A stretch of 64,000 nucleotides of DNA from an uncultured archaeon (GCA_963845205.1 CAWJRC010000002.1:13928-77927), one strand, 5' to 3'. Counted from the first letter of the stretch, positions 47,131 to 56,329 are shown. Notes: generated from the sequence alone by a model not told the origin. A program made the numbers and translations.

Positions 47131-47595
47131 TTAATCTTTTTGCCTCTTTGTTAAACTTCTATATCGGAAATAATTGTAAATAAGCGAACTCTTGTCAAAT
47201 GCTCCTGTGTCATAAACTTCAAAGATTAAATCCACAAAAAGATGGAAAGAAAAACCAATGAAAACGAAAAATAAAACAGGAATGTAATAACTTAATAAAA
47301 GAAGAATTGCCAATACTTCTACACCATGAAATAGATAAAAACCAGGATAAAGATCAAGTTTTTTTTTCTGTTCTCTTGATAAATTATGATCTTTTTTCCA
47401 TCTTTCCATATACCAATCATAAGCCCTTACAAAATGGACATTCTTTTTTTTAAAAAAATAATAAATAAAATGATCGACATCGATTAATACACTTGAAAGA
47501 AGGATAATTGCAAGATCCAGAAGGTTCAGATTAAAAAGAAAATAAAGAATTGCCACGAAAAAAATTCCTAAAACTGAATGATATTTGGGCAACAT
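47131..47595 (-). CDS. small membrane protein (possibly YdjM/DUF457-like metal-dependent hydrolase)
   Basis: 4 TM, with a conserved-looking H..DxDH and an H...D pattern. Weak assignment. Confidence 0.3.
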   Translation of the reverse strand: MLPKYHSVLGIFFVAILYFLFNLNLLDLAIILLSSVLIDVDHFIYYFFKKKNVHFVRAYDWYMERWKKDHNLSREQKKKLDLYPGFYLFHGVEVLAILLLLSYYIPVLFFVFIGFSFHLFVDLIFEVYDTGAFDKSSLIYNYFRYRSLTKRQKD

Positions 47596-47596
47596 T

Positions 47597-49129
47597 TTAT
47601 TTCTCGATAATTTTTACAATATCTGCAAATGCGGGGCGGGTTATGAATACACCAATACTCATTCCAATTATTGTAGTTACTGCAAATCCCTTTAGAAGTC
47701 CTGCTCCTGCCCATAAAAGAGGAAGCAAAGATACGAAAGCAGTAAAATATGCCCCCAAGATTATTACAAATGCCCTTTTAATCTTCTGTTTGATATTCAA
47801 TGATTCTTCTTTATGCTTTGCCTCATCTAATATTACTATCTGAGCATCAACTCCTGTTCCAATCGCAGCAAGAATTCCGGCTATGCTCGGCAAATCTAAA
47901 TCCCATTTTATTAATGCTGCAATTCCCAAAATGATAATTATTTCAGAAGCACAAACAATCAAAGTCAGAACTGAAGACTTCCCCCTGTATCTCAAAAATA
48001 TAATTATTGCAATCAGGAGAATAGAAATAAATGCTGCTAATAAAATGTATTTAGTAAAATTTTCCCCTAATGTAGGCGAGATTGTATCAAGTTCCACAAC
48101 TTCTAATTTAAACGGAAGACTTCCGGTGATTAGAATAGTCTGCAATTTATTCATATTTTCCTGCGCTGCATTATATGCATCGTCATTTGTTGTGCCTGTT
48201 CCTGTTCCCTGAATAGAAACTTCTGTAGTAACTAATCCCCTAAGATCTGTGCTAATGGATAAACTTTCTACTAGATTATTATCCAAATACAAATCAAGAG
48301 GCTCAGACAACTCATCTCCTGAAGATGTTGAATTTACTGTTAAATTACTGGTTGCACTTGCTTGCCTCTCTGCAGCAGCCTGACTTAAATACACTGTAAA
48401 TCTAAAATTACAATAGTAGCCGCCTCCGTTAGGATTCTGGGCACAGGAATATATCCCGGCATCTGATCCTGAACGAGAGACCGAGGTTATATCCTGCTCT
48501 CCTCCGACAAAAATAGTTTGATTTCCTATTTTTGCTTCAAATTTTCCCTGCTGTGAAATCAGGTCTTCTAAATTACTGGGGGTTACTCCTGCAATTTCAA
48601 TGAGAACGAAATTATTTCCTGCCAGATCAGAAACAGGGCTTACAACAATATCAGAAATCCCATAAACATTAAATCTATTACTTATTATGCTAACCAGATC
48701 AGTAGCTTCAGAGGAAGTAAGCTTGTGATCCTGCGCCTGAACTAATGCTCTTGCTCCCCCGCTTAAATCTAAGCCTGTTTTTAGATTTGTTACAGGAAGA
48801 TCTGAAACTGTTATGTTTGGAGCGGTATCTGAATAAATTACATATTCTGCGGAGGTAGTTGTTATCGTCGTTTTAACTTTTCCAGGGGATGAATTGAATA
48901 TTCCCTGAATTATATTTGAATAATCTGCAGTATTAGAGACAGACTGTCCATTTACAGCGGTTATAACCTGTCCTTGTGCTAATCCCTGTTCAGAGGCAGA
49001 TGAATTTTGGCCAACACCTGTTATCAAAACTCCTTTTTGCATAAAATAAGGAGTTACAAAAATAGAGATTAAAGAAAGAATTATAAGAATTATCCAAAGC
49101 CAAATTTTCCACGTTAATTTAATCTTCAT
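47597..49129 (-). CDS. secD: protein-export membrane protein SecD (with a PDZ-like segment in the extracytoplasmic domain)
   Basis: C-terminal 6-TM SecD pattern (LGENFTKY..IAGILAAIGTGVDAQIVILDE). Overlaps secF by 4 nt. Confidence 0.85.
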   Translation of the reverse strand: MKIKLTWKIWLWIILIILSLISIFVTPYFMQKGVLITGVGQNSSASEQGLAQGQVITAVNGQSVSNTADYSNIIQGIFNSSPGKVKTTITTTSAEYVIYSDTAPNITVSDLPVTNLKTGLDLSGGARALVQAQDHKLTSSEATDLVSIISNRFNVYGISDIVVSPVSDLAGNNFVLIEIAGVTPSNLEDLISQQGKFEAKIGNQTIFVGGEQDITSVSRSGSDAGIYSCAQNPNGGGYYCNFRFTVYLSQAAAERQASATSNLTVNSTSSGDELSEPLDLYLDNNLVESLSISTDLRGLVTTEVSIQGTGTGTTNDDAYNAAQENMNKLQTILITGSLPFKLEVVELDTISPTLGENFTKYILLAAFISILLIAIIIFLRYRGKSSVLTLIVCASEIIIILGIAALIKWDLDLPSIAGILAAIGTGVDAQIVILDEAKHKEESLNIKQKIKRAFVIILGAYFTAFVSLLPLLWAGAGLLKGFAVTTIIGMSIGVFITRPAFADIVKIIEK

Positions 49130-50025
49130 TTTTTATGTTCTTTTTTCAAAGCATACCATTTAATTATTGAAACATTTGTCAGCCATGTATTGAAGATATC
49201 AAAGCCCAACCCTATTGCCATTATAAAAAAGATTTGGTAAAGTACAGAAGAGAAAGAGCCTATGATCAACAAAGACGCAACTACAGAAGCTATTGCAGTC
49301 AGAGTCATTGTTATCCCTGTTTTGAAAGCATCGAAAATTTTCTTGTTTACAGATTTTCCTTCCCTTCTTAAAACTCTATTTGTAAGAAGGATATCTGTAT
49401 CAACCGAATAACCAATCAACATCAAAAATGCAACAATTCCTGCACTTGAAATTCTTATTCCCAGAATATCAACAAGAACCAAGGGCATGAAAATATCCGC
49501 AAATGCGGAAAGTATAACTGCAATTGAAGGGACAAATGTCTTGAACTGAATGAAAACAACTATAGACATAAGAAAGAATGCTACTAATAATGCAATCAAA
49601 AGCTGCTCATAAAAATCACCGCCTAATGTCGAACCGGTAAATTCAAAACTGCTATTGCTATTATCAAGGGTATAACCCAGATAAGTTTCAAGAACATTTT
49701 TTGTTGTTTGCTCGTCGCTTGTTGTTTCTACTACTACAGCTACCTGCATCTGAGTTACCAAATCAGAAATTTCACTTACTTCTACATTACCAAGCTTGCC
49801 GGAAATTGCATTCTGCAACGTTATTGGGTCAATTTTTCCATTTATTGTTACAGAGGTCCCTCCTGTAAGGGAAACATCTTTGTAAAAAATGTCATGATTA
49901 GCGTTGTAAAAAAATCCCATATAGATAAAACAGCATAAAATCAATGCTGCGGGGATCAGCAACAAAATTTTGTAATGCTTATCATGGAATTCTGCAAATT
50001 TTTTCGTGAAATTTTCTTTATTCAT
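49126..50025 (-). CDS. secF: protein-export membrane protein SecF
   Basis: SecF TM pattern (IGYSVDTDILLTNRVL). The ATG at 50025 was chosen because the longer ORF-track start runs into tRNA-Gly. Confidence 0.85.
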   Translation of the reverse strand: MNKENFTKKFAEFHDKHYKILLLIPAALILCCFIYMGFFYNANHDIFYKDVSLTGGTSVTINGKIDPITLQNAISGKLGNVEVSEISDLVTQMQVAVVVETTSDEQTTKNVLETYLGYTLDNSNSSFEFTGSTLGGDFYEQLLIALLVAFFLMSIVVFIQFKTFVPSIAVILSAFADIFMPLVLVDILGIRISSAGIVAFLMLIGYSVDTDILLTNRVLRREGKSVNKKIFDAFKTGITMTLTAIASVVASLLIIGSFSSVLYQIFFIMAIGLGFDIFNTWLTNVSIIKWYALKKEHKK

Positions 50026-50034
50026 TGTTAAAAA

Positions 50035-50105
50035 TGCGCCGGTCGGGATTCGAACCCGAGTCATCTGCTTGGAAGGCAGAGATTCTGCCACTGAACTACC
50101 AGCGC
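50035..50105 (-). tRNA. tRNA-Gly (anticodon UCC)
   Basis: Hand-folded cloverleaf. Acceptor GCGCTGG/CCGGCGC; anticodon arm TCTGC-CTTCCAA-GCAGA; T arm TCGGG-TTCGAAT-CCCGA. No encoded CCA. Confidence 0.85.
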
Positions 50106-50159
50106 GATGATATTATCTCTTTATTTTGTTTAATAAATCTTACTCTTTAAATTATTCTA

Positions 50160-50235
50160 CGCGCCCGATAGGATTTGAACCTACGACCCTCTCCTTAGGA
50201 CGGAGATGCTCTAATCCAGGCTGAGCTACGGGCGC
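50160..50235 (-). tRNA. tRNA-Arg (anticodon CCU)
   Basis: Acceptor GCGCCCG/CGGGCGC; D arm GCTC..GAGC; anticodon arm TCTCC-GTCCTAA-GGAGA; T arm GTAGG-TTCAAAT-CCTAT. Confidence 0.85.
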
Positions 50236-50237
50236 AA

Positions 50238-50321
50238 TGCGGAAGACAGGATTTGAACCTGCGCAGGCACTAAGCCACGAGAGCCTTAATCTCGCCCATT
50301 TGACCACTCTGGCACTCCCGC
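50238..50321 (-). tRNA. tRNA-Leu (long variable arm; anticodon register ambiguous, AAG with a perfect stem or UAA with one mismatch)
   Basis: 84 nt. Acceptor GCGGGAG/CTTCCGC; anticodon region CGAGA-TTAAGGC-TCTCG; variable arm GGCTTAGTGCC; T arm GCAGG-TTCAAAT-CCTGT. Confidence 0.8.
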
Positions 50322-50384
50322 ATATGAATAAGGATAAAAGAACCATATAAAAAGTTTTATAAATGGTGTTGTTTAAAGAATTTT
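50322..50384. promoter_or_regulatory. divergent promoter region (tRNA-Leu on the minus strand, 5S rRNA on the plus strand)
   Basis: TTTATAAA at 50356-50363 is centred ~26 nt before the 5S 5' end. On the minus strand TTATATGG (50342-50349) is centred ~24 nt before the tRNA 5' end. Confidence 0.5.
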
Positions 50385-50498
<114 letters not shown>

Positions 50499-50510
50499 TT
50501 TGATTTTTTT
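50499..50510 (+). terminator. oligo-T tract after 5S rRNA
   Basis: TTTGATTTTTTT directly after the 5S closing helix. Archaeal RNAP terminates at T runs. Confidence 0.45.
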
Positions 50511-50979
50511 AAGGACAACACAAACATTCTACATTAGAACCAGAGTCTGATATTTCTATAGGATTTAGCAATTTTTCTTTTAATTCATTAAATAAGTTTG
50601 GATTATAATATTCTTTAACAAATGAATTCAAGTTTTGTCCATGATCAAATTTTAATTTCTTTAATTCTCTTCTAGAAAATGCACCTTTTTGAATTGCATA
50701 TGCAAGACATTCAGGAAAATATACATGGTCGGCATAATTGCTGTAACGACCCAGTCTTATAATGAGAGAAAAATCTTTTTTTGCGGTATTTATTGCCATG
50801 CTCCCAAAAGCTAAGTCAAGATTATTATTTTCTTTAATTACTCCATTTTCGTAGAGTAGATTTAATATTTCATGATTTTTTCTTGCGTAATGCCACAAAT
50901 AAGACATATCTAGCCCCTTTATTTCTTCTAAAGTTGTTCTTTCAAGGTTATCTATTAGAGACATAAAAAAAATTAACAT
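50509..50979 (-). CDS. hypothetical protein
   Basis: ORF of ~156 aa with no recognisable motif. Start uncertain (ATG at 50979 or 50964). Confidence 0.4.
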   Translation of the reverse strand: MLIFFMSLIDNLERTTLEEIKGLDMSYLWHYARKNHEILNLLYENGVIKENNNLDLAFGSMAINTAKKDFSLIIRLGRYSNYADHVYFPECLAYAIQKGAFSRRELKKLKFDHGQNLNSFVKEYYNPNLFNELKEKLLNPIEISDSGSNVECLCCP

Positions 50980-50989
50980 CAAGAAGTAT

Positions 50990-51226
50990 TTAAGATTTCT
51001 TGTCTTTAAGAATAGAACTCAATGTTTTCGGAAATTTCATGGGCACTGCAGATCCGCACATACGATTGTCCATTTCTTCGTCTATTACAACAGCGCCGCA
51101 TTCAGGACACCAGCGAACAACATAATTTTCGTGATCCTCATTTCCAAAACGATAAATTTCTTCTAAATAATCTCCGTTATGAGTTTTAGGATTTTTTTCG
51201 TCATAACATTTTGGGAATTCGGTCAT
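50990..51226 (-). CDS. hypothetical small Cys-containing (zinc-ribbon-like) protein
   Basis: 78 aa with a CPECG...C pattern. Confidence 0.4.
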   Translation of the reverse strand: MTEFPKCYDEKNPKTHNGDYLEEIYRFGNEDHENYVVRWCPECGAVVIDEEMDNRMCGSAVPMKFPKTLSSILKDKKS

Positions 51227-51276
51227 GTCAAATGAATTATCAAGAGATATTTAAAGATTTATTCATTACAAGTATT

Positions 51277-51543
51277 ATGAAAAAAATTTCTAAAACAAAA
51301 TCAAAGGAAAAAATTGATGAGCTCTTTTCTGACATCAAAAACAAAACTCCAAAGGAAATCAAGAAAATAAAAAAATTGGCAATGAATCGAAACATTCCCC
51401 TGAAAGAAAAAAGGAAATCGTTTTGCAAATATTGCTTAGCTCCTTATTCCGGAAAAGAAAAGATCAGAGTAAAAAAAGGATTCAAAAACACCGAATGTTT
51501 AAACTGCAAAAAAATATCGCGATGGAAAATTAACTCTTCTTGA
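51277..51543 (+). CDS. rnp4: RNase P protein component 4 (Rpp21/Rpr2 family)
   Basis: Basic helical N-terminus, then KRKSFCKYCLAPYSGKEKIRVKKG..ECLNCKKISRW, the Rpr2 zinc-ribbon pattern. Confidence 0.7.
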   Translation: MKKISKTKSKEKIDELFSDIKNKTPKEIKKIKKLAMNRNIPLKEKRKSFCKYCLAPYSGKEKIRVKKGFKNTECLNCKKISRWKINSS

Positions 51544-51727
51544 ATCTTCCCACTAATTCAATCAAATCTGTTTGCCCCAAGAACATTGCCCTGCAACAAG
51601 CTCTTTCTAAGCCTAATTCATCCATTACTTTCTTTGGATTTTCTCCGTTTGCTATTCTTTTTTTGTATTCTTCCCAAAGGTGACCTATTGGTTTACCGCA
51701 AGAAAAACATCTAACTGGAATTATCAT
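51530..51727 (-). CDS. rpoN: DNA-directed RNA polymerase subunit N (Rpb10)
   Basis: MIIPVRCFSCGKPIGHLWEEY..LGLERACCRAMF is a near-canonical RpoN. ATG at 51727. Confidence 0.92.
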   Translation of the reverse strand: MIIPVRCFSCGKPIGHLWEEYKKRIANGENPKKVMDELGLERACCRAMFLGQTDLIELVGRFKKS

Positions 51728-51865
51728 AATAATATCCCTAATTCTTGGTTTATAAAACTTATCCTGCAGCAAGACATGCCCCGAAATATCTAAAACAAAA
51801 TCTAATAAAATTTATACAAATGTTTAAAAACTAATTTTTATTTTCCAAGATATTAAGGTGAAAAA

Positions 51866-52057
51866 ATGAGGAAATGCGTTTATTGCTCATCGGAAATTCT
51901 TGATGAAAGAACTATGCAAATCTGCGACAGATGCGGAGAAAAAGTCTGGGGCAGAAAGATGTTTGATGCTATCAAGAAGGTAACTGACGAGGCAAAAGAT
52001 AAAGGAGACCTGGAATTTAACTCATGCGAGCTCCCAAAAGAGAAAAAGTTTTCTTAA
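51866..52057 (+). CDS. hypothetical zinc-ribbon protein
   Basis: 63 aa with CVYC..CDRC. An AGGTGA Shine-Dalgarno-like element lies 5 nt upstream. Confidence 0.4.
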   Translation: MRKCVYCSSEILDERTMQICDRCGEKVWGRKMFDAIKKVTDEAKDKGDLEFNSCELPKEKKFS

Positions 52058-52095
52058 GCAGATAGTTTTTTAAATGGAATAATTTTGGGTAATCT

Positions 52096-52362
52096 ATGGG
52101 AAATAAGAAATCAATAAGAACCAGAGGAAAACTGCAGCTTAGCAGATACTTTCAAGAACTTAGCAAGGGAGATTTCGTATCAATTTCACGGGAACCTGCT
52201 GTCCAGTCAAGTTTTCCTACAAGATTTCAAGGACTTACAGGAGTTGTAGAAGGAAGAAAAGGAAAAACTTACATAGTAAAACTCAAAGACGGGAACCAGT
52301 CAAAGGAAATTCTTATTGAGCCAATACATTTAAAAAAAATAAAACAAATTAAAATAAAATGA
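52096..52362 (+). CDS. rpl21e: 50S ribosomal protein eL21
   Basis: SIRTRGKL..FQELSKGDFVSI..FQGLTGVVEGRKGKTYIVKL pattern. Confidence 0.85.
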   Translation: MGNKKSIRTRGKLQLSRYFQELSKGDFVSISREPAVQSSFPTRFQGLTGVVEGRKGKTYIVKLKDGNQSKEILIEPIHLKKIKQIKIK

Positions 52363-52661
52363 TAAGAAACAGCGAATCACTAAGCATGTCTGAAGCAATC
52401 GAGTACATAAAGAAAGATGAAAATGAAACCGAAGTAGTCGGCTTCATGAAGAAGTTCATAAAATTAAAAGCAAAAGACGCTAAAGAGCTAAGACAAGAAA
52501 TAGAAGGTTTGGATCTTGTAAAGGTCAAGCCAGATTATACTGCAAAGATAATTGATATTTTACCGGAAACTCCGGAAGAATTAAATAAGATTTTTATCGA
52601 CGTAAGTTTAGACGAAGATGAATCTAAGAAAATACTCGATGCAATTAAAAAATTTAAATAA
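52359..52661 (+). CDS. rpoF: DNA-directed RNA polymerase subunit F (Rpb4-like)
   Basis: 100 aa in the conserved eL21-RpoF-DUF655 order. Contains the KIIDILPETPEEL segment. Confidence 0.7.
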   Translation: MIRNSESLSMSEAIEYIKKDENETEVVGFMKKFIKLKAKDAKELRQEIEGLDLVKVKPDYTAKIIDILPETPEELNKIFIDVSLDEDESKKILDAIKKFK

Positions 52662-52666
52662 TAAAA

Positions 52667-53203
52667 ATGGACAAAGAAGAACTTGCAATCATATTAGATT
52701 ATCTACCAAACGGATATCCTTTGGAAAGGAAAATGATGCCAATAGCACAAGCTATCGGTAAAAAAAATCTAGTATTGCTGGAATTAGTTCCAAGGCGGGG
52801 AATATCTTTAAACCCCGGAGAAGAAGTTTATATCGGAGAAGGCAAGAGAGACAAGATATATTATATTCTTGGAAGGTTGCAGAAGGAGAAACTTACAGAG
52901 TCGGCAAAAAACCAACTGGAAGAATTCATAGCAAAGATAGTCAAAGAACGCGAAAAAGAATTTGTTGAGTTCTTCAACAAATCAGAAGCAATAAACAAAA
53001 GACTGCATCAGATAGAATTGCTTCCAGGATTCGGAAAAAGGCACATGCAGGAAATATTGGCTCAAAGAAAAGAAAAAGAATTTGAGTCATTCGAGGACAT
53101 GAAGAATAGAATACAGAATCTTCCTGATCCGGAAAAAGCAATAGAGAAAAGAATATTAACTGAGCTTATGAATGAAGAAAGACAGAATTTGTTTGTAAAA
53201 TAA
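52667..53203 (+). CDS. DUF655-family protein (HhH-containing, conserved archaeal)
   Basis: AIILDYLPNGYP start and an ELLPGFGKRHMQEIL helix-hairpin-helix. Confidence 0.72.
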   Translation: MDKEELAIILDYLPNGYPLERKMMPIAQAIGKKNLVLLELVPRRGISLNPGEEVYIGEGKRDKIYYILGRLQKEKLTESAKNQLEEFIAKIVKEREKEFVEFFNKSEAINKRLHQIELLPGFGKRHMQEILAQRKEKEFESFEDMKNRIQNLPDPEKAIEKRILTELMNEERQNLFVK

Positions 53204-53204
53204 A

Positions 53205-53684
53205 ATGGAACAAAAAAACGACCAAAACAAGTATGAAGAAAAACTAATCAGGATTCTCTCAAAAGATATAGAAGGCGGACTAAATGTTTACGTCGGACTT
53301 ACAAAAATAAAGGGGATTTCATGGGCTATGGCAAATGCAATCTGCAGAACATTAAAACTCGACAAAAAACGAAAAATCGGTTCATTAACAAAAGAGGAAA
53401 TTGACAAGATAAATGATTTTATCAGAAATCCAAAAATGCCACAATATATGCTAAACAGAAAAACAGATGTTGAAACAGGAGAAAACAAACATATGATTGG
53501 AACAGATTTGGAACTTCAGGAAGAATTTGATATTTCAAGATTGAAAAAAATAAGAAGTTACAGAGGACAGAGACACGCACTTGGACTTCCGGTAAGAGGA
53601 CAGAGAACAAAGAGCCACTTCAGAAAGAACAAAAAGAAAGGAGTAGGAATTAAAAAGAAAGCTAAACCTGAGGTAAAGAAATGA
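53205..53684 (+). CDS. rps13: 30S ribosomal protein uS13
   Basis: LTKIKGISWAMANAIC and SYRGQRHALGLPVRGQRTK. Confidence 0.95.
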   Translation: MEQKNDQNKYEEKLIRILSKDIEGGLNVYVGLTKIKGISWAMANAICRTLKLDKKRKIGSLTKEEIDKINDFIRNPKMPQYMLNRKTDVETGENKHMIGTDLELQEEFDISRLKKIRSYRGQRHALGLPVRGQRTKSHFRKNKKKGVGIKKKAKPEVKK

Positions 53685-54160
53685 AAAGAAAACACAAAAC
53701 ATATTCAAGGCCAAAGAGACCTTTTGATAAAGTAAGAATAGATGAAGAAGCAGGAATCAAAAAAGAATTCGGCCTGAAAAATAAAAAAGAAATCTGGAAG
53801 GCAGATGCAAGAGTAAAAGAAATAAGAGAAAAAGCAAAGAAATTAATTTCTGCAAGTGAAGAAGACAAGCAGGCCTTTTTCAACAGGCTCAAAAAAATAG
53901 GATTTAATGTCAACTCAATAAGCGATGTTCTTTCTTTGGATAAAAAAGATTATTTAAGAAGAAGACTTCAAAGCATTCTTGTCGAGAAAAAATTTGCAAC
54001 AACATCTAAAAGTGCAAGACAATTAATAACACACAAGAAAGTTTTAATTGAAGGAGAAAGCAACAATTCACCTTCCTATATTGTTCCTGTCAGCCTTGAG
54101 AATAAAATTCAACTTAAACCAATGAAACATAAAATTAAATCAAAGGAAGCAGAAGAATGA
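53681..54160 (+). CDS. rps4: 30S ribosomal protein uS4
   Basis: KTYSRPKRPFDK start and a C-terminal S4 RNA-binding domain. Confidence 0.9.
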   Translation: MKRKHKTYSRPKRPFDKVRIDEEAGIKKEFGLKNKKEIWKADARVKEIREKAKKLISASEEDKQAFFNRLKKIGFNVNSISDVLSLDKKDYLRRRLQSILVEKKFATTSKSARQLITHKKVLIEGESNNSPSYIVPVSLENKIQLKPMKHKIKSKEAEE

Positions 54161-54618
54161 GCAAAGCAAAAGAATTAGAAGAGCTTAAAGGGAAAATAGA
54201 AGAGAAGAAAGAAGAAACAAAAGTAGACAAGAAAGAAAAGGGAAGAGATCTGGAAGCAGTCATTAATATTTACACTTCATTCAACAATACAATTGCGCAT
54301 GTTACTGATATGTCTGGAAGAACAATCGCAAAGATCACAGGGGGAATGATTACAAAACACGGAAGACTTAAAGCAAATCCAACTATCGCTATTTTTATTG
54401 CAAAAAGAATTGCAGAGACATTAAACGAGCAGGGGATAAGATCTTTGTATATCAGAATAAGGGCAAAGACAAGAAGTCCGGCTTTGGGGCCAGGAGCTCA
54501 TGCAATTGTTAAGAGTCTGACAAGAGATGGATTTAAGATATTGAATATTTTGGATACTACTAGATTCCCACGCGGAGGGCCAAAGAAGAAAGGCGGAAGA
54601 CGTGGAAGAAGAGTTTAA
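54157..54618 (+). CDS. rps11: 30S ribosomal protein uS11
   Basis: TSFNNTIAHVTD and GPGAHAIVKSL. Confidence 0.95.
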   Translation: MSKAKELEELKGKIEEKKEETKVDKKEKGRDLEAVINIYTSFNNTIAHVTDMSGRTIAKITGGMITKHGRLKANPTIAIFIAKRIAETLNEQGIRSLYIRIRAKTRSPALGPGAHAIVKSLTRDGFKILNILDTTRFPRGGPKKKGGRRGRRV

Positions 54619-54642
54619 AAACGAAGTTTGTAAAATAATAAA

Positions 54643-55365
54643 ATGAAAACAATAAATAAGAAAGAAAATCAGATAACATTCAGCGCTGAAATAGAAGACA
54701 GTCTGGCAAATGCGATAAGAAGATATGTAGATCAGGTGCCTATTCTTGCAATTGATGAAGTTGAGATTTCAAAAAATGATTCTGCTTTATATGATGAAAC
54801 AGTAGCTCACAGAATCGGGCTTATTCCTTTGAAAATGGAGAAGGGAGTTAATGAGAAAACAGAAGAGCAGCTTAGCTTAATTTCAAAAAAGGAAGGATAT
54901 GTTTATTCTGGAGAATTGAAAGGGAAAGCCAAGCCAGTTTATGAACAGATTCCAATAACTCTTTTGAAGAAAGGACAGGAAATGGAAATTCTTACAACTG
55001 CAAGAGTTGGAAGAGGAAACAAACATGTCAAGTTTTCTCCAGGATTAATGTTCTACAGAAACGGCGTCAAAGTCAAGATAGACAAAGACTGCCCTAAAGA
55101 AGTCATTAATGCCTGCCCATCAAAAATATTGAAAGCAGACGGAAACAAAGTTGTTGTAATTGATGAAGACAAATGCGACATGTGCGAGGCATGCATTGAC
55201 TATTGCAAAAAGAACGGCAAAAAGGGGATAGAATTAATTCCGACAAATGACTTAATAATAACAATAGAATCTTTCGGACAGATCAGCGAGGAAGAAATTT
55301 TCAAAAGGGCTATTGAAGAATTGAAAAGCGATCTAGAAGAAGTTGCAAAAAAGATTTCTAAATAA
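54643..55365 (+). CDS. rpoD: DNA-directed RNA polymerase subunit D (Rpb3-like, with Cys-rich insert)
   Basis: LANAIRRY..DEVEI..YDETVAHRIGLIPL and a ferredoxin-like CPKEVINACP..CDMCEACIDYC. Confidence 0.9.
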   Translation: MKTINKKENQITFSAEIEDSLANAIRRYVDQVPILAIDEVEISKNDSALYDETVAHRIGLIPLKMEKGVNEKTEEQLSLISKKEGYVYSGELKGKAKPVYEQIPITLLKKGQEMEILTTARVGRGNKHVKFSPGLMFYRNGVKVKIDKDCPKEVINACPSKILKADGNKVVVIDEDKCDMCEACIDYCKKNGKKGIELIPTNDLIITIESFGQISEEEIFKRAIEELKSDLEEVAKKISK

Positions 55366-55366
55366 A

Positions 55367-55450
55367 TGCGGGTAAAAGGATTCGAACCTTCGTAGGCACT
55401 AAGCCAACAGATTTTGAGTCTGTCCCATTTGACCGCTCTGGCATACCCGC
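55367..55450 (-). tRNA. tRNA-Leu (anticodon CAA)
   Basis: 84 nt. Acceptor GCGGGTA/TTACCCGC region; anticodon arm ACAGA-CTCAAAA-TCTGT; long variable arm; T arm with TTCGAAT. Confidence 0.85.
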
Positions 55451-55565
55451 ATATGAATATTTATCAAATAAAGGATATAAAAACTTTTATAAACCCGTTT
55501 TCTCTTCAATTTTTATCTGCGAGCGAAAGCGATAGTAGAATTTTATTCTATTAGCAGTTATTCAA

Positions 55566-55934
55566 ATGAAGACAAAAAATCAGATAGAAAAACAGTTAGA
55601 AAAGAAAACAAATCCTGAATTAGTAAAAACTATAATCGGAGCAAAGAAAAAAAAGAAATGGAATGAAATTGCTGCAGTTCTTTCAAGCCCGAGAATAAAC
55701 AAAATTGATGTTAATCTTGACAGAATAAACAAGGAAGCAAAAGAAGGAGAAACAATTGTTGTTCCCGGAAAGGTTTTGTCTGAAGGCGAAGTAACCAAAA
55801 AAATAAAGGTTGCTGCTTTTGGCTTTTCTGAGAAAGCAAAAGAAAAGATATTAAAGGCAAAAGGAGAAGTTCTAACTATACTAGAGGAAATTAAAAAGAA
55901 TCCGGATGCTAAAAACGTGAGGATAATCAAATGA
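55566..55934 (+). CDS. rpl18e: 50S ribosomal protein eL18
   Basis: 122 aa with the VVPGKVLSEGEV..KIKVAAFGFSEKAKEKI pattern. Position before uL13. Confidence 0.85.
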   Translation: MKTKNQIEKQLEKKTNPELVKTIIGAKKKKKWNEIAAVLSSPRINKIDVNLDRINKEAKEGETIVVPGKVLSEGEVTKKIKVAAFGFSEKAKEKILKAKGEVLTILEEIKKNPDAKNVRIIK

Positions 55935-56329
55935 AAATAATCGACGGAAAAAACGCAATTTTGGGTAGGCTCGCAAGCTATTCTGCAAAAGAAGCACTTA
56001 AAGGAGAAGATATTATTATTGTAAACTGCGAACAAGCTATAATAACCGGAAGCAGAAAAAATATCCAAAGCGAATTTGAAGCTACAAGAAACAGAGTAGG
56101 AAGCACGCAGAACGGGCCGAAAATCTCAAGATCAAGCGAGAAGATAGTTAAGAAAACAATAAGAGGAATGCTTCCAAATTACAGGACTGGAAGAGGAAGA
56201 GTTGCGTTCAAAAGAATAAAATGTTATGTCGGTGTTCCAAAGGAATTTGAAGCAAGCAAAAAAATTGCTTCTGGAATGCATTCAGAAAGAAAAGATAAAA
56301 TAATGAGAGTAAAGGAGATTAAAAAATGA
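55931..56329 (+). CDS. rpl13: 50S ribosomal protein uL13
   Basis: IIDGKNAILGRLAS..IIIVNCEQAIITG. Confidence 0.9.
   Translation: MKIIDGKNAILGRLASYSAKEALKGEDIIIVNCEQAIITGSRKNIQSEFEATRNRVGSTQNGPKISRSSEKIVKKTIRGMLPNYRTGRGRVAFKRIKCYVGVPKEFEASKKIASGMHSERKDKIMRVKEIKK

Noticed and set aside
50026-50091. N-terminal 22-codon extension of the SecF ORF in the ORF track.
   Set aside because: The extension runs through tRNA-Gly (50035-50105). The internal ATG at 50025 gives a normal SecF N-terminus.
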